Shown here: positions 27,701 through 38,350 of the stretch, in pieces | Numbering within the stretch: position 1 is the stretch's first letter | Layout: each line of letters begins with the position of its first letter | DNA from: Trichoplax adhaerens | Lineage: Eukaryota; Animalia; Placozoa | Direction: 5' to 3' | Assembly: GCF_000150275.1 (NCBI RefSeq) | Contig: NW_002060967.1 | Span: forward strand, 434,001-498,000 | DNA length: 64,000 nt | Translations under genes and position numbers: made by a program | Notes under the pieces: model-generated | The model's database searches: none | What the model was told of the DNA's origin: nothing | The model's input: only the letters and a program-made list of their open reading frames with translations

Positions 27701-28325
27701 GGTATTCATCTAATTTGATGTATAGCGTTATTCACCGTTAGATGGCAACACCATTGATTTTATTATTTTCGATCGATACCATAATTTTCCATTTCTATTC
27801 CTTCTTGTTATATCCCATGTAATAGAGTTGAAACAATATCGTCGCTGTTTTTTTTTTATACTCCACTGCTTTTAGTAACTGGATAACAACGTCATGAAGA
27901 TAAAAATTTAAAAATTACTTAGCTATTTTTAGGCATTTTCATTTTTCTATCATCAATTCTATTGAAAGTGAAATTCTTAAGCCGTTATTTATAATTTAAA
28001 CAAGTTTGATAATTTAATTTTCGAATATACACGTACGTGGAATACAAAAAATTGCAATTGAAGATCTCTGGTTACGATGAATTATAGTAATAGTATTAAA
28101 ATAGATCTTATTATTCACTTTTAGTCTTGAACTTGCTTTAGATAGCCTTGATTCTGTTGTATTAATGAGCAGAATGAGAATACAATGAGTATTATATTCT
28201 ATACGTGTCCAGGCTAGGAATGGGTAATGTTATTGCATGCTTCGAGCATTTAAAATACTTACAGGATCATGATAAATTTGATTGTATGCCCCAATCATGT
28301 ACTTACACATAACTACCCCTATCAT
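21716..28325 (-). CDS. Tetraspanin 5 (divergent; 5' end uncertain)
   Basis: Firm exons 26234-26180 (GNRKRAEIFFFVANIIFW), 25308-25114, 23830-23756, 23337-23221, 23114-22956 (YDCCG...DW...VPISCC...QC), 22846-22763 (GCKG...) and 21784-21716 (LLCLICAAFMCYKMSCREMKSL*). Upstream candidate exons 27501-27395 and 28325-28263 are phase-compatible but less certain. Confidence 0.85.
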
Positions 28326-30444
28326 GATTTCATTTGTAATCGTGACATTATTATATCAACGATCTTATTGATTTGGTAAATACGATTTTATTTCCTGGAG
28401 ATGAATTGGGAATTGTCGTGCAGGCGACATAAAAGGCATATGAAACATCAGTATCTCTTACAACGAAATCGCAGGATAGGAAGAATTCATTTTTTTATAG
28501 CCTTATTCTGCTATGTGATGTGTTGAATATAGAGATGTCTAGAGTATCGATGGCTTTTCCATATTCAACGCTGATCTTATAAGAATTATCGTTACCCATA
28601 GCAGTGATTGGGGATTGTATTTCATTTTAGTCCGTTTTAATGGAGATTTGGTAAGTTACTCCCTGAATCAAGCAATCATACTAGAGTATACTATGCAACA
28701 GACTAGGAGATTTTTATACAGACAGTCGAACACACGCCATTTTGCTTCTAATGCACTATGCTGTGCTATAGTGTTGCTTTCTTGACTACGGGCACGCTTT
28801 AGTCCCTCATTTTTTCTCTATCGTAAAATACTGCTCAGTGTAAAATGGAAAATTCTCGTATTTGGAAATGCTAATATTCTACTGTACAATGATTGCAGTT
28901 AGTTAGCCTTCCAGTTGAGTAGTCTACCTATGTGACGTATGCGATCATTCAGATCTTAATTCCTCCGTTCAGGTAACCATTTGTTCAAGTTAATTTCCTA
29001 CATGATACAATCCAACAAAGTTTTCAGTGTACCCCATTACTTACAGCATATTGGCTAAAACTTGTTGTACACTTGTCAGATGTAGTACAGTAAGCTACAG
29101 GCAGTATAGGCAATGATCGAGATTTTAATGACTTCATTTAGCTAACAACTTGTCCAGGCTAATTTCCAACAAGATGCAATGTAAGACATTTTCAGTGCAC
29201 AGCATTGCTGTATGTTAAATTACTTGCAGTGCGACGCAACGCGTTGTACACTTGGCTACTTACTTACATTATTCCATACTGAGTATGTTTGTATAAATAA
29301 TTGAAAATATAAAAAATTTCGAGCGACACAAACCCAAGTTTACGACCCCTCTCGTCCCTACCCAAATTTTAGATATACATAACAAGGATCGATCATGGTA
29401 GTATCTAACTCGTTAACTTAGCTGATCCTGGAAGTTCCTGGAAGTTGGACAATGTTTCAAATGATGTTTGAATCTCACGAATGGATTCTGTTTACTTATA
29501 TCAGTGTATGCAGTGGAAGGAGGCGAATTGAACGATACCCAGTTTCATTTGTGAAAGCTAAGCAAAATTTATACAATTTACTAGCATAATTTGATGACTT
29601 TACAAAGCGGTTTATTATTTTGTAAAATTTGATCCAACTTGAATATTGAACGTATATGCCCGTGTAGATATGATTTGGACGGTTTATATAATTCGGCGGT
29701 TTTAAAGGGAATTTTAGGTATTGAAGATTTATTTCGGTGTCGCACTATGGTGTGCCAGATTTGAACTGGAATGATTTGACTTTTGTACGTAAATATTTGA
29801 TTTGAACGATTGAAGAAAAATTTTACGAATTGTATCGAAGGTTAATATTAATATCTCTCTCTCGCTTTATAGATACATAAAGAAATTAATAGTAAATTCA
29901 ATTTTAATTTAAAATGAGCTGCAATCGAATAGCAAGAATATTGAAATGCAGAGATTTATCATTTTTCTGGTCATTCTACGCTTTAGTACCACTGAATCTT
30001 GCACCAAACTACGGTAAGCGACCAGCTCATTTGGATGATAATCATGGACAGAGTACAGTACTGTATTACTCACTATTGTAGGCATATGATGCAATTAAAA
30101 TGACCAGCAAATTGGTCGGTCTTTGCATTTTATCCAAGGATACCGAATAGTATCCTACAAGTTCACCGCCATAAGTCTAGAACTCAATCACGGAGTTTAC
30201 TTCAATATTTCCGATCAGGTTTGGAGTAAGAAAGTGATGTTAAAACACTCATGGCTGCAAGATGCTTTACTGCAGATCGCCGTTGCTAGTGTGCACTCTG
30301 TCAAACAGTTTAACTGACACGGATGGGTTACCATTTGAGACGTTTTGGCAAGAAATCTCTACAATAGAGGTAAAATCAATCACTAAAAAGCACGGGAAAA
30401 TTAGCGCAATTGGTGAAAGGGTACTTCATTAACATCAGGTCAAT

Positions 30445-31880
30445 GGACATGGGCATAATCAAGATGAAACTAGGGACTTTTTAAGTTTTCCACCTCTCTC
30501 TTAGAAGTCCCTAATGAAACTATACAGGGTATATCATCTCATATCGTTCTACATAAGACTAAACGGGGAAAATATCGTTCAATGCGAAACTAGACGAGCA
30601 AATATCGTTCAATGTGAAGCTAGACGTGGAACTATTAGTTCAATATGAAACTAGATGGGTGCATATCGTCCAATAGAAAACCGTAGGAGGGCCATATCGT
30701 TCAATATGAAACTAGGCGAAGGCATATCAATCATTCAATAGAAAATTGTAGGAGGGTAATATCGTTCAATAAGAAACTAGATGAGGGTATATCATTCAAT
30801 ATAAAAGGTAAAACTATATGAGGGCCACGTATCATTTAATATAAAGCTAGATGAGAGTACATCATTCAACGTAAAAGGTAAAACTATATGAGGGCCACAT
30901 ATTATTCACTATAAAACTAGATGAGGGAATATCATTCAACGTAAAACTATATGAGGGCCACATATTATTCAATATAAAGCTAGATGAGGGTATATCATTC
31001 AACATAAAACTATATGAGGGCCACATATTATTCAATATAAAGCTAGATGAGGGTATACTATTGATCATTCAACGTAAAACTATATGAGGAGAACATATTA
31101 TTCAATATAAAGCTAGATGAGGGTATACTATTGATCATTCAACGTAAAACTATATGAGGCCACATATTATTCAATATAAACTAGATGAGGGTATATCATT
31201 CAACGTAAAACTATATGAGGGGAACATATTATTCAATATAAAGCTAGATGAGGGTATACCATTGATCATTCAACGTAAAACTATATGAGGGCCACGTATT
31301 ATTCAATATAAAACTAGATGAGGGTGTTAACAAGGGTATATCATTCAACATAAACGGTGAAACTATATGATCATTCAAAGTAAAACTATATCAGGGCCAC
31401 ATATCATTCAATATATAACTAGACGAGGGCATATCATATGAAATGATACCTATGCCCTCGCATCCTTTCATATTGAATGATATGCCCTCGCATTGTTTCA
31501 TATTGAATGATATAGCCTGGCATCGTTTCTTATTGAGTGATATGCCATCGTAAAGTTTCAAATTGAATCGTCTAGTTTCTCCTTGAATGATATGGGTAGA
31601 ATTTGATATTGAATGATATGGCCTCGCATAGTTTCATATTGAGTGATATGCCATCGTATCGTTTCAAATTGAATGGCATGTCCTCGTCTAGTTTCATGTT
31701 GATATGCGTATACCCTGGTCTAGTTTCTCCTAGGGTAGAATTTCCTATAGAATAATATAAACCCTGGTGTAGTTTCATGTTGAATGATGTACCCTCGGCT
31801 AGTTTCATGTCGGATGATATCATCCTTCCATCTGAAATTAGACGAGGGAAATATCCTTGACTATGAAAGTAGACGATGGC
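30445..31880. repeat. ~30-bp minisatellite with orientation switch (inverted array)
   Basis: Unit ~TATCATTCAATATAAAACTAGATGAGGGYA runs forward from 30445 to 31440, with a ~63-bp two-unit higher-order repeat in ~30800-31420. Reverse-complement units run from 31450 to 31830, then one or two forward units. Junction cgagggcata...tatgccctcg at 31424-31460. Confidence 0.92.
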
Positions 31881-31920
31881 ACTGGCACATGATGAACTTT
31901 CACGCAATGTAAAATAGAAA

Positions 31921-32020
31921 CCTGCGCGAAAGCTGGTACGGGCTAGCCTTGTCTAGGGCAAAGTACGCACGCGTGCCAATTAGCCAATCAAATTTGTCCA
32001 CGATCACAGCCATTTCAAAA
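31921..32020 (+). promoter_or_regulatory. Promoter-like motif cluster
   Basis: Within 100 bp of CpG-rich sequence: E2F consensus GCGCGAAA (31924-31931), palindrome CACGCGTG (31968-31975), two CCAAT boxes, the ERSE and a CHR-like TTCAAA (32014-32019). Confidence 0.5.
31984..32002 (+). promoter_or_regulatory. ER stress response element (ERSE, CCAAT-N9-CCACG)
   Basis: Exact match CCAAT caaatttgt CCACG, ~1.85 kb upstream of DNAJC3, a known UPR target gene. A second CCAAT lies at 31976-31980. Confidence 0.6.
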
Positions 32021-33851
32021 CATCCACCCGGCTTGAGTGCTGTTGACTTGAACCAGTGGATTGGCACTAGCAGCACTCATACTGCCCTTAGCGATAGAGT
32101 AATAACTACTCAATCATCTTTCCACTTGTCTAGAAACTGTATCAAAGTAGACTTGCTTTGATTTCTCACACTGGATATTGTCCGTAGCCTGCTTCACTTG
32201 GTAACCCACTCCACAATCAGTACTCTACTCTACAGTATATTGCTTGTAGCTACCCTGAATTTCAGTTACAATATCATCACTCGACTAATCGGCTTATATC
32301 GAGTCCAGCAAATTTAGCCTGATTGAACCAGCAGCTTTGCTAGGTAGAGGAAATTGCTTGTTCCATGATCGAGTGGTTGGCCTAATTTTTCTTCATATTG
32401 ATCCATTGGCTGTCATCATTAGTGATCAAAGCGACATCATCACCAATTCTACAGTAGATGAATGCTATTTTACTGATATAGCATATAAAGTGATTGGCGA
32501 TATCCAGTTGATCAACATCTCTCTTTGAATCGAAGTTAGCTTGGTGCACTTGCTTTGCTGGTTCATTCTGTTGCTCGTAGATTGTGTTGGAAACGATCAG
32601 CGATATTCTTCTATTTTATTACTTATTGCTAATAGTGGCTTAGGACCATTTTTGTCCAATATTGCTGTACACAAGTAGAGCCCAATTATTATTACCTGTC
32701 TTAGGCGTCGATTCAAATCCAAAATTGACCTTATCTTGATAGATTACTATACGTTGAACTTTCCATTGCACTACGTAATTCATTCAACCATCCGATCATC
32801 ATGCTCACCCTTCAACAAGTACAAGTTGGCATTCTAATTTCTTGGCTATCGTATAATCTTGCTCATATTGGTGAGTTTTCCTATTCAAAATAGTGTTCTA
32901 ATTTAGAATGGTGTTGATCATCATGACTTGTTATTAATAGATATTCATTATATCAATCGTCAGCCATGCTCAGGTGGCTGCAATGCACTGCACTAAAGGT
33001 CAAATGACAAATACAGAGCTGTCTTCGCTTGTGATACGCACACGATAATCTGTTGATATACTGTACTGCACTACCATATTACCTTCGCTCTATTTTTGAT
33101 ATCAACAAGCAAAATCCAATACTGTAATTCCAATCAATCTTGTATAGTGTAAAAGGGCTCATCCTTTATATATGGTAAGACGATCACCAATACAATCGCA
33201 TGACGGTGTCAGTCACGATGATGATTCTTTGATGGACTTATTGATACTCCGAAGTGTCTAAATGGTGACGATTAAACATCCTTTTCAATGATTTTGGTAT
33301 TGAACGTAGAAGAAAAACTAGCTAATGATAGCTATTAAAAGAGACTATCAATAATATGAATGTATGAATGAAAATTATTTACGTATCATCATTGGAAATA
33401 GGATCGCTACTGTAAAAGTGTCAACTTGAGTGCTATTATTTCGTGCCAAATACGATACATTGGGGTTAGATTTTAGTGTTAATGATAACTTGCTACAAAA
33501 TCATTCGCCTTTAGTAGCTGTTATTCAACGCCTTATTGTGTAGGTATGGTGTTACCTAGACAGTTATCAACATGCACCTATGCGACAGAATAGAAAGAAT
33601 ATGACAATAATGGTTGGATTCTAGATACCGTATTAAAAACTGAGATTGTCCTATTTTAATACCTGCTTAAAGGTTTAAAGGTATACTGTACTGTATTTTG
33701 TTGGCAAGATCGGATTTCGAGTAACTTACCCTAGGGGTGTGTTTGGTCTTAGCGCATACTCGTATTTGTCATTTTGTTCCATAATTTCAACAGATAGGAT
33801 AGGCTATAGCTATTGCCTACAGTATATCGGAATTACTTTTCATGATCTTTC

Positions 33852-36800
33852 ATGGTGCATTTCATATTCTGTATGACACCAATACTGTTAATTAACCATG
33901 ATCGATTATTGTATTATTATGCTTTGATAGGTGTACTGGCTGGTAGCGTCGATAACCATCTTGAATTGGGCAAAAAGTTTCTGGCTACCGGAAAATTGCA
34001 AGAAGCGCTAGTACAATATCATGCTGCTGTGGGTAAGATTTCTATAATAATCTTAATCCCCTTTTGTGATAGCTGCTACAAAATAAAATTTTAGAACACT
34101 CATGTTAATCGTAAAAATAATTTGATCTAATGGATCGTTCTTACGTGTAAGATGAATGATTAGTGATTAATGCTAAAGCGTTTGCTATAATCACGGGATT
34201 GAATAATTTGCTACTTTATGCCTATGTACAGATGGAGATCCCAAGAACTATTTGACATTTTTCAAGAGAGCAATAGTCTATATTGGAATGGAAAAGGGTC
34301 AATTGGCGGTGGCTGATTTAGATAGAGCCACAGAAATAAGACCCAATTTTTTACAGGTATGAATAAAGTAGCTACTAAACTATCGTGTTTATAGATTGCT
34401 TTGCATTACTAAATTGGTTGGCTTTTAAAATCATTTACAATGAGATATTAGTAAATCGTTGCATGTTCATTATAGGCAAAGTTACAACGAGGTAAGGTTC
34501 ATATTAAACTAGGCAAACTGGAGAAAGCGCAACATGACTTGGAAGAATCGGTATGTTCCAACAGCGCATGACTATGTTAAGCTTTAAAGGCAATATTGCA
34601 ACTTTAAGTGCTAGATTATGTCTATAATTTGTAGCTTTGTCGGCAATTTTCTACGAAGAGGGAAGTAAGCGATAATTTGATAGCTATGCCATATTTACAA
34701 ATTTTAGATACAGGATAGTAGCGTACAAAACGAAGCCCGTCAGCAGGTATGCTATTGAGGACTAAAATTTTGTTAGCCTAATGTTAAATAATAACTTTTT
34801 CTTTATTATCGTTTCGTATAAATAGTTGGAAAATATAGAACCGCTAAGGCAGACTATTGCTAATGCAAAACATACTTACGCAAGCGGCGATTATGAAGCA
34901 GCTATTCAAATTCTTAATGTGGCAATTGAGGTAACTGAAATCGATAAATTTCTACAGTAGAATGAATTAAAATTTTCTATATTAATGAGCGATTACATAT
35001 TTTCGGTAAGGATCAGAAAAACATTCTAAGGGCATAACGTCCACCACTGTTCTTGAAGTTTGTTTCGATTATTTTTAAAGTTTTGAAAAATTGCCATAAC
35101 TTGCTTATTTAATACTAGAGTTGTCCATGGGATCCTGAATTGAGAGAGATGAGAGCTGAATCCCATTTAGCAGTGAATGACAGAATGGCTGCTATAGCTG
35201 ATGTTAGGTAAATGTACAAGTTCTAGCAAATTTTTTGATGTTAACCACTGTAAGGGTTTTATTATCAAGATATTATTATAATTATTAACTGATACTTGGT
35301 AAATACATAATTTGTAGTAAATGTCTTGGTATTAAGAAGTGTATAAGAGTTTTATTATTAAGATATTATTAGCTGACGTTAGGTAAATGTATGAGTTGTA
35401 GCAAGTTTTTTTGGTATTAAGAACTATAAGAGTTTATTATCAAGATATTATTTTAAGCCTTATTGATAAGGATATGACATAACTTAAAAGGATATTATAA
35501 ATATCTGACGGCCATTGTTGCTTTCGTCTACTATTGTATTCTACATTAAAAGGCGAATTACAAGATTAACAAATGACAATACCAATGCTTATTACAAATT
35601 AACGAAATTACTTTACGAGAATGGAGATCTGGAAAGTTCTCTTCAGTAAGTACTAAATTATGATATGACGTATTCACAAATTGTACTTTTTTCATCTGTA
35701 GAGGCGCTAATTTTTGTTCTAACATTATTTATGCTGGTTGACAGGCAAGTTCGGGAATGCTTAAAGTTAGACCCAGACCACAAAATGTGTTTTCCATTTT
35801 ACAAGGTAATTAATAAACTATGGAGCTTGATTTTCCTTCGTCATTTTTCGACCCTTATTATTGAATTAGTAAGCTTATAAAGTGTCTCCACATACGCATA
35901 TTCTGTTTATAGAAAGTTAAAAAATTAAACAAAAAGTTGCAGAGTATTGAGGAGAAGATTAACACGGAAAGGTTGGTTCGTCAAATGACAGATGTTATAG
36001 TTGCATTGTTTTTGGATTGCTGTAGTTAACCAAAGACATACTTTTTCAGCTATCAAGATGCAATCCCGAAATTAACAGATATCATGCAAACTGACGTGAC
36101 GCAAGTTCAACACTATGCAACTATGCTTTCATCCAAACTATGCTTGTGTTATCTTAAAGTTAGTACTGTATTACTTGAAATAAATAGACGTTTATCTTGT
36201 CCGTTATATTTTTCGATAGAAATGAGGATAATTTTAACAATTCAACTTATTTTAGGTAAAAGACGTCAACGAAGGCATTGCAGTGTGTACCGATGCCCTT
36301 AAGGAAAATGAAAACGATATTGATCTTCTTTGCAACAGAGCTGAACTATATTTGCTAAACGATGAATATGACGAAGGTTGTAGTAACGTATTTGTTAATC
36401 GATATAACTTGCAGTGGCTAATCAATATATTACGTGTTGTCCTTTCAGCTATTGCAGATTATCAAAAGGCAAAGTCAATTAACAATGGAAATCAAAGGGT
36501 AATTGATGTACTATTATTAAGATATGATTTACCATCAATAGTGAATATCGATAATTTACAATTTCATTGCTAAGGGTTATTCTATAAACTTTGTTAAAAG
36601 GTAGCTTTGCCGATTTATCTTTTATTATCTTAAACATTAAGGCAAACGAAGGCTTGAATAGGGCTAATAGGCTATTAAAGCAATCTCAAAGGAGAGATTA
36701 TTATAAAATTTTAGACGTTAAAAAGTGAGAACTATTTGAAAGTTTACATTGGTCGATTATTATTGTAATATAGTAAGATATTGATATCACTATTTATTAG

Positions 36801-37196
36801 AACTGCAACGAAACGTGAAATTTTAAAGGCTTATAGAAAATTAGCTGTCAAATGGCATCCTGATAACTACAAAGGTGAAGATAAAAAAAAAGCGGAAAAG
36901 ATGTTTATCGACATTGCGGCTGCTAAGGAAGTGTTATCCGATGCTGGTAAAGTTATATTGAATTAATATGATAACTTGGTATCGTATAAAATTATTAATG
37001 ATCAATAGAACTAATACTTAATATTTTCTAACTAGAAAAAAAGCAAAAATTCGATAATGGTGAGGATCCCTTAAGCCCTGAAGGTCAACAACCTGATTTT
37101 CATAATCAAGGATTCCATTTCCAAGGAGGTGGCTTCCCCTTTGGCGGAGGAGATGGTTTTCATAATTTTAAGTTTCATTTTGGCGACAGAGTTTAG
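33852..37196 (+). CDS. DNAJC3: DnaJ homolog subfamily C member 3 (P58IPK), ER TPR + J-domain co-chaperone
   Basis: Spliced translation gives VDNHLELGKKFLATGKLQEALVQYHAAVDGDPKNYLTFFKRA, CPWDPELREMRAE, VRECLKLDPDHKMCFPFYKK, LLKQSQRRDYYKIL, the J-domain AYRKLAVKWHPD and FIDIAAAKEVLSD, and a C-terminal FKFHF, all matching DNAJC3. Stop TAG at 37194-37196. The start codon and signal-peptide exon are tentative. Confidence 0.95.
35197..35455. repeat. ~85-bp tandem repeat x3 starting at a DNAJC3 splice donor
   Basis: gctgatgttag|gtaaatgta... is repeated as actgatacttggtaaatac... and gctgacgttaggtaaatgta... Confidence 0.8.
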
Positions 37197-38088
37197 TGAC
37201 ACCTATCGACAATTACCGATTTATTCTATTAGCTGTTAAAATATTTACTAGAATTGGATTGTATTTTGATACATTATCGGTCTTTTGACATGTAATGACA
37301 TTTTACGATTGGCATCTCTACGTGTACACATATTAGAAGTCAATTATTGAAAATTTTCTGCCCATTTCCAATAATTACTCAGGATCGGAAAATCTTGGCA
37401 ATTGACTTCAAAAATATCAGTATGTCAAAAATGTATACAATTTTTCAAACAGAAATGATCTTTGTCAATTATAATACTACTAAGTTTTAACTGTACTTAA
37501 TAATTACAAGAGAAGAAAATATTTGGATGAAGTATTTGTTATGAATGAATTATTGTAGTAGCGCCGATATAAATTAACCCCGTGATGGATTATGCTATCT
37601 TGGACGAGTATTGTTACAAAATTACAAAATTTACTGTATTTAGCTGACTGTAACCATAACCATGACATTCTACTAATTGAAACATGACATTGTTGATTCT
37701 GGATTATGCAAATCGGTTCAGTATTGTCGTATACATCATTTTATATACCTCTTGTATGATTATTGTATTTTATGTTTCATCGCGGATCAGAACAAAAGTC
37801 AATAAATAAATACGAATTATTGCGTGTTGCTATTAATATTCTCTAGTTTACTATTTAATAGATCGTTGTACTCTTAATTAGCATGGTTAGCTATCGTAGC
37901 TTCTATTATTTGGTAATGTTGATTAGAGTAAATGATTGAGGGAACAGCTCATTTCGATTCAAGAGAACTGTGCAGTGAAGGATATTGGTGGTACTAATAA
38001 TTGTGTAGGGCATTACTCGTAATTGATATTCTATTTTGATCAAATTGCTTCTATTCTTTTGGATTTGCCAGAGACTATTGCTAAGGCA

Positions 38089-38350
38089 AAGTTCGTCAAG
38101 TTTTTATTGATTTTTAGTATTTTGATGAGATTACTTTTATCCTTTGGGTTTACATTAGCTTTTCCCAGTAAAGTTGGTCAATTTTTATTAATTTTTAGTA
38201 TTTGATGAGATTACTTTTATTTTTGGGGTTTCTATCAATCAAATCTACCCAGTAAAGTTGGTCAATTTTCATTAATTTTTAGTATTTGATGAGATTACTT
38301 TTATTTTTGTGGTTTCTATCAATCAAATTTTCCCAGTAAAGTAGGTAGAT
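38089..38350. repeat. ~80-bp tandem repeat x3
   Basis: cccagtaaagttggtcaatttttattaatttttagtatttgatgagattacttttat is repeated. Confidence 0.9.

Noticed and set aside
30445-31880. Possible CRISPR array (period ~30/63 bp)
   Set aside because: The intervening units are themselves repeats rather than unique spacers; the context is eukaryotic and there are no cas genes.
30862-31907. Repetitive ORFs 30862-31068 and 31572-31907
   Set aside because: They are translations of the 30-bp minisatellite, with no splice structure or homology.
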